Assembly (NCBI GenBank): GCA_963801165.1
Contig: CAWDDT010000013.1
Span: 1 to 64,000 of the forward strand
Direction: 5' to 3'
DNA: 64,000 nucleotides
Source of the DNA: an uncultured bacterium
GTDB lineage: Bacteria > Actinomycetota > Acidimicrobiia > Spongiisociales > UBA5794
The position numbers and the translations under genes were made by a program. Positions within the stretch are counted from its first letter, which is position 1, and the number at the start of each line of letters is the position of its first letter. The notes below the pieces were generated by a model, which did not search any database, was not told the DNA's origin, and saw only the letters and a program-made list of their open reading frames with translations. Of this stretch, positions 42,293 to 52,940 are shown piece by piece.

Positions 42293-43844
42293 CAACACGG
42301 CGCTCGAGATGGCAAGGCGCGGCTTTGTCGTCGTATCGGCGGACATGACAGGGCACGGTTCTTCCAGCGGCGCCAACCAGGAAATCGGCTGCGGCGGTCC
42401 GGCCACCCTGTCCTACTTGCAGACCATGCCGGGCGTAGACGCATCACGGATCGGGCTGGTCGGGATGTCCCAGGGCGGGTTCTGCGCCGCGACCGCGGCG
42501 GCCCTGTCGCAGCCCGACGGCTACAGCTCGATCTTCTACATGGAGTCCGAACCCAATCCTCCCGGCCCTCCGATCGTCGACGCCTACATGGGCCTCCACA
42601 ACGTCGCCTGGAACATTGGCGGTTTCACTGAGCTCGGCTTGATGGTCGCGGTCGAGAAGGGCGACGACGCCGTGATGTCTCCGGCTCTGCTCCCGCTATT
42701 CGGCACCGAGGGCCCGATCGTTCCGGATCAAGTGTACGGGTCGATCGCGGACGGCACAGCACGCATCCTCTACACCCCGTTTGAGGATCACGCCCTTTCG
42801 ACCGACTCTCTGGCCGCGATCGGCAATTCGATCGACTGGATGCAGCGCACCCTCACCGACGGCAGCCAGTCGAGCATTTCGCAGATCTGGCCCTTCAAGT
42901 TCCTCGGCACGACGGCTGCGCTGGCGGGTGCCTTCCTCTTCCTGTTCGCCATGGGTGGTCTCCTGCTGCGCACCAAGAAGTTCGCCTCGCTCGTCCGACC
43001 GGTACCCGAATACCGAGGGCTGACCGGCGGGCTCTGGTGGGTCGGCGCAGTCGTCACCACCGCTCTCGGCCCACTCCTGTACCTATGGGTGTGGAACCAC
43101 ATGTTCCTGACGCAATGGGTGAAGGTGAACACGCTGTGGCCGCAGACGTTCACCAACGTCTACATGGTATGGGCGGTCATCATCGGCGTCATCGCCTGGG
43201 CGTTGACCGCGCTCAACCACTACACGGTGACCAAGAAGCAGGGTGCCACACTGGATAGCTACGGCATCGATGAGCCCGGCGGCGGTATCGACTGGTACTC
43301 CGTGGCACAATCGTTGCTATTCGTGGTGGCCGTCCTCGGGCCGTTGTACCTGCTGCTGGCATTCATCAAGGGGGCCTGGCACGTCGACTTCCGCGCCTGG
43401 GTAGTGAACCTGCAGCCGATGAACCTGGCCAGGTGGTACGCCTTCTTCGGCTACCTGATCCCGTTTGCGATCTACTTCGTGGCCCAGGGGGTCCTGTTCA
43501 ACGGATTCCTCCGCTGGAAGAAGGGCAAGGCCCCGATGTGGCAGGAAATGCTCGTCAACTCCATCATGCTCACCTTCGGCGCATTGGTGTGGATCCTCGT
43601 CCTCTACATCCCGCTGCTCAGCGGCGGAACCCAACCTTTCGGTGCGGATAACGCGATCTCAGCCGGCCTCGGTGGGATCTACTATCTGCCCCTCCTGGTG
43701 TTCTGGCCGCTCATCTCGTGCTTGTACACGTACTTCTTCAGGAAGACCGGCCGCATCTGGGTCGGTGCGTTCCTGGTGACGACGTACATTGTCTGGACCC
43801 TGGCGGCGAGCGGGGACTTCGCGCTGTGGCCGATCATCGGCTGA
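42291..43844 (+). pseudogene. Alpha/beta hydrolase with C-terminal multi-TM domain, probably 5'-truncated
   Basis: NTALEMARRGFVVVSADMTGHGSS; nucleophile elbow GMSQGG; about 8 TM helices. Upstream of ~42290 the ORF is just the antisense of the SorC fragment. Confidence 0.65.
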
Positions 43845-43870
43845 TCCGAGGTTCTCGGGAATGACAAGGC

Positions 43871-43902
43871 GAGGCCCGGTCGATGCAAATCGGCCGGGCC
43901 TC
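43871..43902. terminator. Hairpin between convergent genes
   Basis: GAGGCCCGGTCGAT-GCAA-ATCGGCCGGGCCTC. Confidence 0.65.
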
Positions 43903-43911
43903 AGCATCGGC

Positions 43912-44658
43912 TCACGTCGCCAAGCTGCCAATCGCTTCGACTACAGCCGCTTCCCCATCATCCGGGGGCGGTGAGGATCGGTCGATCATTCGCCGCAGCG
44001 ACGCCTCAGTGGTCGCGACGTGCATGAGAGCAGCTGCCTCCCCCAGTGAGGGATCCCGCTCCCGGAGAGCACGCAGGATCTCTGAATGCTGGGCGATGGT
44101 CTGTGCCCTGGCACTGTCATCGAGAGTGCCCCGCCAGATACGGTAACGGGTGGTCCTCACCGAGACGCCCGCCAACATGGAAGCAAGGGTCGCGTTTCCC
44201 GAGGCCGTCGCAACCGCGGCGTGGAAGTCGGTGTCTATCTGCACGAGCGCCTCCTGGTTTTCCGCTGTGCGCATCCGACTCAGGAGCGTCTCGAGCTCGG
44301 CCAAGGATTCCTCGTCGATGTTCTGCGCAGCCAGCGCGGTGGCGGCCGGCTCGAGAATACGACGAACCTGAACGAACTCGAGCGAGAAATCGTCTGCCAT
44401 GAGCTCGGCCGCAGCGCCGATGCCCTCCAGAAGCTGCTCGGGACGAAGGCTGGTCACATAGGTGCCGTCGCCACGTCGCACGTCGAGCACGCGTGCGGTC
44501 ACGAGCCCCCGTACCGCCTCACGAACCGTGTTCCGGGAGGCGCCCAACTCAGTCGCCAGATCCCCCTCCGAAGGCAGCTTCGAGCCGGGAAGGAGCCGGC
44601 CACTGGCAATCATCTCGCGGATCCGGCGGATGGCTGTTTCTGTGAGCGGTGCCGACAT
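43912..44658 (-). CDS. FadR/GntR-family regulator
   Basis: PGSKLPSEGDLATELGASRNTVREA..RRGDGTYV; FCD domain D..FH. Confidence 0.92.
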   Translation of the reverse strand: MSAPLTETAIRRIREMIASGRLLPGSKLPSEGDLATELGASRNTVREAVRGLVTARVLDVRRGDGTYVTSLRPEQLLEGIGAAAELMADDFSLEFVQVRRILEPAATALAAQNIDEESLAELETLLSRMRTAENQEALVQIDTDFHAAVATASGNATLASMLAGVSVRTTRYRIWRGTLDDSARAQTIAQHSEILRALRERDPSLGEAAALMHVATTEASLRRMIDRSSPPPDDGEAAVVEAIGSLAT

Positions 44659-44678
44659 GCTTCCTCAAATACGGCTAG

Positions 44679-44689
44679 ACATCCGATGT
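44679..44689. promoter_or_regulatory. Putative FadR operator
   Basis: Palindrome ACATC-C-GATGT in the divergent FadR/ABC region. Confidence 0.55.
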
Positions 44690-44779
44690 TTGAGGTCCTA
44701 CAGTACCAGATCGCGGGACTATTGAGACACTATTGGGTGGAGACACCCGATCACTCGCCGTCGGAGGGAGGGCGACAAA

Positions 44780-45877
44780 GTGAGCAGGCGCGGCACCAGC
44801 GCGCAGGAAACCGACCGGTCGGGCCGGTCGTCCTCGCAACACGAGAACGACGAAATCAACGGGGCGGAATATCCGGTCGAGCACCAGCCACGCCGTGATC
44901 GGACCCTCCGTATAGCGCTGCTCTTGCTCCGAGCCGGCCCACTGCTCATCCTGCTCATCCTCATCGTCGTGATCGCGATGGTGACGCCCGTGTTTCTCAC
45001 CACGCGCAACATCGGCAACGTCCTCGCTCAAACCGCCGTCATTTCGGTCCTCGCCGTAGGCCAACTCCTGGTCATCATCACGCGGGGTATCGACCTATCG
45101 GTCGGATCAACGCTGGCACTCTCCAGCGTGGCCGGCGCCCTGGTCTTCCGGGCGCAAGGTCCCGTAGTAGCCGTAGTCGCGGCCATGCTCGGCGCAGGAC
45201 TCGCCGTCGGCCTGTTCAACGGTGTTCTGTACGTCAAGGGCAGGATCCCTCACCCCTTCATCGTCACTCTGGCATCACTGACAATCGCCCGCGGAATAGC
45301 GCTGTGGCTCTCAGACGGACGCCCCATTCAGGGGATGCCGGACTTCGTGAGGGTGGTCGGGGGTCACTCCGTCCTGGGATGGCTCCCGATCTCGTCATTC
45401 ATCGTCGCCGGGGTCGCCATCGCCGTCTGGCTCCTGCTGACCCGGGTGGTGTGGGGAAGCTGGATCTACGCCGTCGGCGGCAACCCGGAAGCCGCACGGC
45501 GCACTGCCATCCCGAGCTCGGCTGTATTGATCTCGGTGTACGTATTCAGCGGTCTGACCGCCGGCATCGCCGGGTTCCTCACCGCGGGCCGTACCAACGC
45601 CGGCGCTCCCACCTTCGGCAACCTGGCCGAGCTCGACGCCATCGCCGCGGTCATCATCGGCGGCGCCAGCTTCCTCGGTGGTCGGGGAAGGGTGAGTCAC
45701 GCCCTCATCGGAGCGATGATGATCGGTGTGATCCGAAACGCCATGAACCTCGCCAACCTGGAGTCTTTCTTCCAGCTCATCGTCGTGGGAGTGGTCATCC
45801 TCATCGCCGTCGAATCCGACGTGTTGCGCGGGCACCTCGAGGACAAAGTGCGTGTCATCCAGGCGGCAAGAACATGA
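44780..45877 (+). CDS. Monosaccharide ABC transporter permease (RbsC-like)
   Basis: GIDLSVGS; PFIVTL; YAVGGNPEAAR; ELDAIAAVIIGGAS. Confidence 0.92.
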   Translation: MSRRGTSAQETDRSGRSSSQHENDEINGAEYPVEHQPRRDRTLRIALLLLRAGPLLILLILIVVIAMVTPVFLTTRNIGNVLAQTAVISVLAVGQLLVIITRGIDLSVGSTLALSSVAGALVFRAQGPVVAVVAAMLGAGLAVGLFNGVLYVKGRIPHPFIVTLASLTIARGIALWLSDGRPIQGMPDFVRVVGGHSVLGWLPISSFIVAGVAIAVWLLLTRVVWGSWIYAVGGNPEAARRTAIPSSAVLISVYVFSGLTAGIAGFLTAGRTNAGAPTFGNLAELDAIAAVIIGGASFLGGRGRVSHALIGAMMIGVIRNAMNLANLESFFQLIVVGVVILIAVESDVLRGHLEDKVRVIQAART

Positions 45878-46638
45878 GTGCGCCCGACGGCGCCCCCGTG
45901 CTCGCAGTGCGGCAAGGCACCAAGCGGTTCGGCGGCGTGCTCGCACTCGACAACGTCGACATCAACGTCTACCTCGGTCAGGTCCTGGCCATCCTCGGCG
46001 ACAACGGCGCCGGGAAGTCCACGCTGATCAAATGCATGAGCGGTGTGCATCGGCTGGACGGCGGGCTCATCGAGGTTGATACGGATCCGGTGCATATGCA
46101 CACACCTGCGGATGCGAGAGCGCTCGGCATCGAAACGGTATATCAGGACCTCGCTCTCTTCGACAACCTGAGCCCCGCCGCCAATTTCTACGCCGGACGA
46201 GAGATGGCGGGGCCTAGCTGGCTACCGGCGGGAATGCGGCTGCTCCACCGCCGTCGCATGGCGCAGGCCACCCGAGAGGTCCTGGATCGGCTCCAGGTGA
46301 CACTGCCCGACCTGGAGGCTCCGGTCGGCCTGATGTCCGGCGGCCAACGGCAAGCCGTAGCTGTGGCGCGGGCGACCGCCTTTGCATCGCGCGTCGTCAT
46401 ACTCGACGAGCCGACGGCGGCTCTCGGGTTGAGGGAGGCGCGCCGGGTCCTCGACCTCATTCATCGGCTACGGGAAAACGGAAAAGCGGTGGTGGTCATC
46501 TCCCACGCTATGGATCACGTCATCGAGGTCGCGGACAGAGCAGTAGTCATGCGCCGCGGCCGCATAGTGGGCGAACTCGTCCCTACGGAGGATTCCCGGC
46601 CCGAGATCGTCTCTCTGATCGTGGGAGGTGATGGATGA
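45874..46638 (+). CDS. Monosaccharide ABC transporter ATP-binding protein
   Basis: GDNGAGKS; MSGGQRQ; ILDEPTAALG; ATGA overlap with the permease. Confidence 0.93.
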   Translation: MSAPDGAPVLAVRQGTKRFGGVLALDNVDINVYLGQVLAILGDNGAGKSTLIKCMSGVHRLDGGLIEVDTDPVHMHTPADARALGIETVYQDLALFDNLSPAANFYAGREMAGPSWLPAGMRLLHRRRMAQATREVLDRLQVTLPDLEAPVGLMSGGQRQAVAVARATAFASRVVILDEPTAALGLREARRVLDLIHRLRENGKAVVVISHAMDHVIEVADRAVVMRRGRIVGELVPTEDSRPEIVSLIVGGDG

Positions 46639-46719
46639 GGAGATGACGGACGATGAAGTCCGCCGGCGACGACCGGCGAGCGGAGACAACGAACCGTGTG
46701 AGAGACAGAGGAGTAAGGA

Positions 46720-47721
46720 ATGAAACTGAAACGAGCACGCTGGGTCCTTGCCGGCGTGGCAATTGCGATGCTTGTCGCCGCCTGCGGCGACTCGGGAAGC
46801 TCGGGCGATACTTCGACAGCCGCCCCGAGCACCACGGCTACTACCGCGGCTCCCGATGCGACCGCCGCAGGCGGCACGTACAAGCTGGGACTGATCACCA
46901 AGTTCCCCGTCGACTTCTACTTCACGATCGAAGATGCGGCGAAAGCATGGGCGGACCAGCACCCGGATGTCGAGCTTATCACCGGCATGGGTGAGTCGGC
47001 TTCGGATGACGAGGGCGTCATCGCTCTGATCGAGTCGATGGTGGCCCAGGGTGTCGACGGGATTGCCGTCACGCCGACCGGAGAGGCCGTGATCCCGGCG
47101 CTAGACGCCGCCGTAGCGGCCGGCGTGAAGATCATCCTCGTCGACAACGACCTACCTGATTGGAACGGCAAGACGGCAGTGGTTGCCACCAACAACCACG
47201 ACGGCGGAGTACTCGCCGGCCAATGGCTGGCAGAGCAACTACCCGCCGGATCGACCTTGGGGGTTCTCGAAGGTCGGGCCGGTGTTCCGGCTCTCGACGC
47301 TCGCGTCGATGGAATGATCGAAGGGCTCGGCGACGCCGATATCACGATCGTTTCGCAGACGCCGACGGACTGCGACCAGGTCAAGGGTGTCAGCGCAGCC
47401 GAGGATCTCCTCACCGCCCACCCCGACGTGACTGCCATCTACGGTGCGTGTGGTCCCCCGATCCTCGGGGCCCTCGAGGCTATCGACAACGCCGGGATCG
47501 CTCCCGATGACATCGTCGTCGTTGGCTTCGACGCCTTGCCCGATGAAGTCGCCGCGATCGCGGCCGGCACCGAGGATGCGTCGGTTGCACAATTCCCACC
47601 CAAGATGGGTGAACTCGGAATGGACACGCTTTACCGCGCAGTGCAGGGCGAAACCGTCGAGCCCGACGTCGACACGGGTACAGCCGTGGTAACTGCCGAC
47701 AACGTCGGCGACTTCTCGTAG
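46720..47721 (+). CDS. Sugar ABC transporter substrate-binding lipoprotein (RbsB-like)
   Basis: Lipobox LVAAC; periplasmic binding fold motifs VVGFD and SVAQFP. Confidence 0.92.
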   Translation: MKLKRARWVLAGVAIAMLVAACGDSGSSGDTSTAAPSTTATTAAPDATAAGGTYKLGLITKFPVDFYFTIEDAAKAWADQHPDVELITGMGESASDDEGVIALIESMVAQGVDGIAVTPTGEAVIPALDAAVAAGVKIILVDNDLPDWNGKTAVVATNNHDGGVLAGQWLAEQLPAGSTLGVLEGRAGVPALDARVDGMIEGLGDADITIVSQTPTDCDQVKGVSAAEDLLTAHPDVTAIYGACGPPILGALEAIDNAGIAPDDIVVVGFDALPDEVAAIAAGTEDASVAQFPPKMGELGMDTLYRAVQGETVEPDVDTGTAVVTADNVGDFS

Positions 47722-47795
47722 ACGCCGATCGAGGACGTGTTGGACCGTGACGCGATTGGTGCCGGTCCAGCACGCCTCGCGGCGATGGAGTTCTG

Positions 47796-49112
47796 ATGAG
47801 AATCACTGATCTCACCGCGGTCGACATTCGGTTCCCAACTTCGCGTTGGCTCGACGGTTCCGATGCCATGAACCGTGCCCCCGACTACTCGGCCGCTTAT
47901 GTCATCCTGGAGACCGACCAGTCGGGTTTGAGCGGTCACGGGATGACCTTCACAACCGGGCGCGGCAACGAGCTGTGCGTGGCCGCCATCAAGGCACTCG
48001 CGCCACTGGTGGTCGGCCGCGATCTCGATGCGATTGCCAAAGACCTGGGCGCGTTCTGGATGTCGCTCGTCGACGACGGCCAGCTGCGTTGGGTCGGGCC
48101 GGAAAAGGGAGTGGTCCACCTCGGTACGGCAGCCGTGGTCAATGCGGTTTGGGACCTATATGCCAAAGCCGAACACAAGCCACTCTGGAAATTGCTCGCC
48201 GACATGTCGCCCGAGGAGCTGATCCGGTGCATTCCGTTTCGCTACATCAGCGACGCCCTCACCCCCGACGAGGCCTTCGCCATACTCGAGCGCGGGCTTC
48301 AGGGACGCGAAGAGCGGATGGAGGCCATGCTGTCGAGCGGCTACCCGGCATATACGACCTCGGTCGGTTGGATCGGCTATGAAGACGAGAAGGTGCGGGC
48401 CCTTGCTGCTCAGGCCATCGCCCGGGGTTGGCGACATTTCAAACTGAAGGTCGGCCGTGATCTCGAGGAGGACTCCCGGAGAGCGGCACTGCTGAGGAAC
48501 GTCATCGGGCCCGACCGTGCGCTCATGCTCGACGCCAACCAGGTGTGGGACGTCGACGAGGCCATCGAGTGGACGGGTGAGCTTGCCTCGTTCGAGCCGC
48601 TGTGGATCGAAGAGCCCACCAGTCCCGATGACATCCTCGGCCATGCCCGCATTGCTCGCGCCATGGAGCCGCTGGGAATCGGCGTCGCCACAGGGGAGCA
48701 CTGTCACAACCGGGTGATGTTCAAGCAGCTCTTTCAGGCCGACGCCGTGCGGTTCGCGCAGATCGACCCCTGTCGCCTCGGCGGTATCAACGAGGCTCTC
48801 GCCGTCCAGCTGATGGCCGCCAAGTTCGGGGTCGCGGTGTGTCCACACGCCGGCGGCGTCGGGCTCTGTGAGTACGTTCAACACCTTGCCATATTCGACT
48901 ACCTGGCGGTGAGCGCGACTCTCGAAGGTCGCGTGGTCGAGTATGTCGACCACCTTCACGAGCACTTCGCAGATCCGGCGGTCGTGAGAAACGGGCACTA
49001 CCTGGCACCGATGGCGGCAGGTACCAGCATCACGATGCATCCGGCAACGATCCAGGCGTTTGCGTATCCTATGGGCCGCGAGTGGTCGGCAGCGGTGGTG
49101 GAAGGCGGCTGA
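47796..49112 (+). CDS. L-fuconate dehydratase-like enolase-superfamily enzyme
   Basis: DIRFPTS..DGSDAMN..PDYSAAY; QLRWVGPEKGV; WIEEPTSPDD; VCPHAGGVGLCE. Confidence 0.9.
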   Translation: MRITDLTAVDIRFPTSRWLDGSDAMNRAPDYSAAYVILETDQSGLSGHGMTFTTGRGNELCVAAIKALAPLVVGRDLDAIAKDLGAFWMSLVDDGQLRWVGPEKGVVHLGTAAVVNAVWDLYAKAEHKPLWKLLADMSPEELIRCIPFRYISDALTPDEAFAILERGLQGREERMEAMLSSGYPAYTTSVGWIGYEDEKVRALAAQAIARGWRHFKLKVGRDLEEDSRRAALLRNVIGPDRALMLDANQVWDVDEAIEWTGELASFEPLWIEEPTSPDDILGHARIARAMEPLGIGVATGEHCHNRVMFKQLFQADAVRFAQIDPCRLGGINEALAVQLMAAKFGVAVCPHAGGVGLCEYVQHLAIFDYLAVSATLEGRVVEYVDHLHEHFADPAVVRNGHYLAPMAAGTSITMHPATIQAFAYPMGREWSAAVVEGG

Positions 49113-49189
49113 GATGGCGATTGCGTCGGTGCGGCCTTCGTCACCGGCGGCCGGGCATGGAACAGAGCAAGAGATCACAGGGTGAAACC

Positions 49190-50041
49190 ATGACTACTCC
49201 CATCATCGACGCCCACCACCACTTCTGGGATCCCGACACTGCCGACTATCCCTGGATGACCGGTGCGTACGAGCCGCTGCGCCGAGCGTACGGGCCGTCC
49301 GAGCTCGCACCGCTCCTAGAGGGGACCGGAGTCACGGGCACCATCGTTGTACAGGCCAGACAGGAGGTCGCGGAGACTGATTCGCTGCTGGCAGCGACGG
49401 CCGACAATGCGTGGGTCATTGGAGTCGTCGGCTGGGTCGATCTCACCAGTCGCGACGTCGCAGAGACCATTGCCGCGATCCGGGAGGGGCCCAACGGCGA
49501 CCGGCTCGTCGGGATTCGCCACCTGGTTCACGATGAGCCTGACCCGCAATGGCTGCTTCGCGACGATGTTCAACGCGGGCTTGCCGCCGTCGCCGAGGCA
49601 GGACTCGTGTATGACCTGCTGGTGAGGACCCGTGAGCTGCCCGCCGCAACGGAGGTCGCCCGCCGCCTGCCCAACCTCCGGTTTGCTCTCAACCACATCG
49701 CCAAGCCGCTGATTGCATCACAACAGATCGAGCCATGGGACACGGCGATCGGGCGAATCGCCGAGCTGGACAACGTCGCCTGCAAGGTCTCCGGCATGGT
49801 GACCGAAGCCGACTGGTCGTCATGGAGCTCTGCCGATCTGGAACCGTATGTCGAAATCGTTGTCGATCTGTTCGGGCCCGGGCGACTCATGTTCGGATCC
49901 GATTGGCCGGTGTGCACGCTGGCGGCGAGCTACTCGGAAGTGTTCGAGGCCACGGTGCAGATCCTGTCCAAGCAGGTGGGGGCCGACCTGGACTGGGCCC
50001 TGTGGCGATGTGCGGCCGCCACCTACGGCGTCGACGTCTGA
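49190..50041 (+). CDS. Amidohydrolase, L-fuconolactonase-like
   Basis: IIDAHHHFWD; NHIAKP; CKVSGMVTEA; MFGSDWPVC. Confidence 0.88.
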   Translation: MTTPIIDAHHHFWDPDTADYPWMTGAYEPLRRAYGPSELAPLLEGTGVTGTIVVQARQEVAETDSLLAATADNAWVIGVVGWVDLTSRDVAETIAAIREGPNGDRLVGIRHLVHDEPDPQWLLRDDVQRGLAAVAEAGLVYDLLVRTRELPAATEVARRLPNLRFALNHIAKPLIASQQIEPWDTAIGRIAELDNVACKVSGMVTEADWSSWSSADLEPYVEIVVDLFGPGRLMFGSDWPVCTLAASYSEVFEATVQILSKQVGADLDWALWRCAAATYGVDV

Positions 50042-50081
50042 AAATTACTCAGATACGTGCGGCGGCACGGCACCGGTCTGC

Positions 50082-51179
50082 TCAACGCAATGCCCGGGCC
50101 CCGTGAGCCGTAACCGCCCTGAGCACTTCCGAGCTGGTCACCATCGAGGTATCCCCGGGAGTCGTCATCGTCAGCGCCCCATGTGCGGCCCCGATCTCCA
50201 CTGCCTCATCAGGCGAGCGGCCACCGAGGAGGGCCCAGATCATGCCGCTGGCGAATCCATCCCCGCCACCGATCCGGTCGAAGATCTGGAGGTCGGAGCG
50301 CAGCCGCGACTCGTGGAACACACCCTCGGTGTACAGGATTGCGCCCCAGTCGTTGAAGCCTGCGGACTTGGCATTGCGGAGAGTTGTAGCGACCACCTCG
50401 AGATTGGGGAAGGCCTCCAAGACCGCTCCCATCATTGCCTTGAACGCCGCAGGATCGAGTTTCGTGATCTCATGATCGAGGTTGACGACTTCGAATCCGA
50501 GTGCCGCCGTGAAATCCTCCTCGTTCCCGATCATCACGTCGACGTACGGTGCCAGGGAGCGGTTCACCTCCACCGCACGTGTCTTGCCCCCTCTCGGTTT
50601 CCACAACGACGGCCGGTAGTTGAGGTCATAGGAGACGACGGCGCCGGCGCGCCGCGCCGCTCGCATCGCCTCGCCGGCCACTTCCGCGGTCGTGTCCGAC
50701 AATCCAGCGAAGATGCCGCCCGTATGGAACCAGCGCACACCCTCCGTGCCGAAGATCACATCCCAGTCGATGTCACCCGGCCTCAGTTGGGACACTGCGG
50801 TGTTGGCTCGATCGGAGACCCCGAGGGCCGGGCGGATGCCAAATCCCTTCTCCACAAAGTTGAGCCCCGTCCGCGATTCCAGGCCGATGCCGTCGTGGGG
50901 TACCCATTTGACGTGTCGAAGATCGACCCCACCGGTCATGATGAGGTCCTCTACGAGGTGGCCAATGTCGCTATCGACCAGGGCTGTGACAATGGCCGAA
51001 CGAAGGCCGAAGACCTTCCGCAAAGCACGGGCGACGTTGTACTCCCCGCCGCCCTCATTCACTCGGAAACGCCTGGTTGTCCTGATGCGATCCCATTCCG
51101 GATCGAAGCGGAGCATGACTTCACCGAGGACAACACAGTCCCAGCGGGTCTCGGCTACAGACGGAATTCGCAAAGCCAC
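50082..51179 (-). CDS. kdgK: 2-keto-3-deoxygluconate kinase (PfkB family)
   Basis: LGEVMLRFDP; GGGEYNVA; YDLNYRPSLW; DRIGGGDGF. Confidence 0.85.
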   Translation of the reverse strand: MALRIPSVAETRWDCVVLGEVMLRFDPEWDRIRTTRRFRVNEGGGEYNVARALRKVFGLRSAIVTALVDSDIGHLVEDLIMTGGVDLRHVKWVPHDGIGLESRTGLNFVEKGFGIRPALGVSDRANTAVSQLRPGDIDWDVIFGTEGVRWFHTGGIFAGLSDTTAEVAGEAMRAARRAGAVVSYDLNYRPSLWKPRGGKTRAVEVNRSLAPYVDVMIGNEEDFTAALGFEVVNLDHEITKLDPAAFKAMMGAVLEAFPNLEVVATTLRNAKSAGFNDWGAILYTEGVFHESRLRSDLQIFDRIGGGDGFASGMIWALLGGRSPDEAVEIGAAHGALTMTTPGDTSMVTSSEVLRAVTAHGARALR

Positions 51180-51181
51180 AG

Positions 51182-51853
51182 TTACCTCCTCGCCTCAACA
51201 ACGGCGGCCACGGTCGAACCGATGAGGGCGCGGAGACCGTCGAAATCCCGCTCCTCGATGATCCGCTTCGGGAACAGCTTCGACCCCATCCCCACTGCCG
51301 GGGCGCCGGCCCGGTACCACGATCGCAGCGAATCCACCGTCGGCTCCACTCCACCGGTCGGAATCGCCCTAACCCAGGGGCACGGAGCCCGCACCGCACT
51401 GAGAAAGCCCGGCCCTCCCAGCGAACCCGCCGGGAACAGCTTCACCAGATCACATCCCGCCTGGTAGGCGGTCAGGATCTCGGTCACGGTCCCGCAACCG
51501 GGGACATAGGGAACGTTGCGAAGGTTGCACGCTTTGGCCACATCGGCGGAGAAGCCCGGAGCGAACACGAAGCTCGCGCCGATGTCGATCACGTGCGCTG
51601 CCGTCGCACCGTCGACGATCGAGCCGGCACCGACGATGAGCTCCGGCAGGTGGCGACGTGCGTACCCGATCAGGCTCTCCATGACGTCGATAGCTCCATC
51701 GCCGCGGTTGGTGAATTCGAGCGTGCTGATTCCGCCGGCCACCAGCTCGGCCGCCACCCCGGTCACGAGGTCCAGATCCGCGTTGTAGAACACGGGGACG
51801 ACGCCCTCGTCCGCGACGGTCAGCAGGACATCGGCTTTGCTACGAGCGGCCAC
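51182..51853 (-). CDS. eda: KHG/KDPG aldolase
   Basis: EFTNRG; GAGSIVD; PGCGTVTE; VKLFP; PTGGV. Confidence 0.88.
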   Translation of the reverse strand: MAARSKADVLLTVADEGVVPVFYNADLDLVTGVAAELVAGGISTLEFTNRGDGAIDVMESLIGYARRHLPELIVGAGSIVDGATAAHVIDIGASFVFAPGFSADVAKACNLRNVPYVPGCGTVTEILTAYQAGCDLVKLFPAGSLGGPGFLSAVRAPCPWVRAIPTGGVEPTVDSLRSWYRAGAPAVGMGSKLFPKRIIEERDFDGLRALIGSTVAAVVEARR

Positions 51854-51899
51854 GTCGCCTCCTTCTCCCTATCATTCATAACAACATGCTGCGAGAATC

Positions 51900-51911
51900 A
51901 CAGTATACTGT
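51900..51911. promoter_or_regulatory. Palindrome overlapping a TATACT -10 element (putative operator; leaderless start)
   Basis: ACAGTATACTGT, ending 6 bp before ATG 51918, in the divergent eda/dehydrogenase gap. Confidence 0.5.
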
Positions 51912-51917
51912 CGCACT

Positions 51918-52940
51918 ATGACCTTTCTAGCGATCGATTACCACGGCGGAGGTGTCCTGCGCCAGCGGCGATATACGCCTCTCGACCCGGGTCCCGACGA
52001 GGTGACCATCGCCGTTGCCTTCACCGGGATCTGCGGCACCGACCTCAAGATCGTTCATGGCGCCATGGACCACCGCTTCACCTCCCCGTGGCCTTTCGGC
52101 CACGAGATGTCGGGAACGATCGAGGCGGTCGGCAACGATGTCGCCGGATGGCAGCGAGGCGACCAGGTCACAGTCATGCCTCTCGAATGGTGCAACGGCT
52201 GCCCGGCCTGTGCCCGAGGACACAATCACGTCTGCCAGAACCTCGTCTTCGTGGGCATCGACTCGCCCGGCTCATTGCAGCAACGCTGGACCGTGCCGGC
52301 GCGACTCCTGGTCCGCGTTCCCGACCACGTCAGCCTGCAAACGGCAGCTCTCTCCGAGCCCGCCGCGGTGGCGGTCCACGACGTCCGCCGTGGTGGAGTG
52401 AAAACCGATGACCAGGTCGTCGTGATAGGCGGCGGGCCAATTGGGCTTCTGATCGGTCTCGTGGCGAGCCACGCCGGTGCCGACGTCCTCGTCTCCGAGC
52501 CCGCAGCGTTCCGGCGGCGTCTCGCCGCCGACCTGGGTCTGCGCACCGTGGACCCGATTGTGGACGACCTCAGCGCTGCGGTGGGCGACTGGTCGAGTGG
52601 AAAAGGCGCCGATGTTGCGTTCGAGGTCTCCGGTTCACAGGCCGGAGTTCGCGCCCTCACGGATGTGCTTGCAGTGAGGGGGCGCGGTGTCGTCGTCGCC
52701 ATCCACACCGAACCCGTCGCTGTGGACCTCATGGCAGCATTCTGGAAGGAACTCGACATCGCAGCGGCCCGGGTGTACCGGCGGGAAGACTTCGAGCAGG
52801 CAGTGGCCCTTCTGGCAGACGGGGTGATCATTGCGGACTCCCTCATCACCGACATCGTGCCCATATCGGAAACAGCCACCGCGATCGACCGGCTCGCTTC
52901 GGGGGAAGAGGTCGTCAAACTCATGATCGATTCGCGATGA
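51918..52940 (+). CDS. Zn-dependent sugar-acid dehydrogenase (MDR family)
   Basis: GICGTD; GHE; CNGCPAC..C; GGGPIG. Confidence 0.9.
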   Translation: MTFLAIDYHGGGVLRQRRYTPLDPGPDEVTIAVAFTGICGTDLKIVHGAMDHRFTSPWPFGHEMSGTIEAVGNDVAGWQRGDQVTVMPLEWCNGCPACARGHNHVCQNLVFVGIDSPGSLQQRWTVPARLLVRVPDHVSLQTAALSEPAAVAVHDVRRGGVKTDDQVVVIGGGPIGLLIGLVASHAGADVLVSEPAAFRRRLAADLGLRTVDPIVDDLSAAVGDWSSGKGADVAFEVSGSQAGVRALTDVLAVRGRGVVVAIHTEPVAVDLMAAFWKELDIAAARVYRREDFEQAVALLADGVIIADSLITDIVPISETATAIDRLASGEEVVKLMIDSR

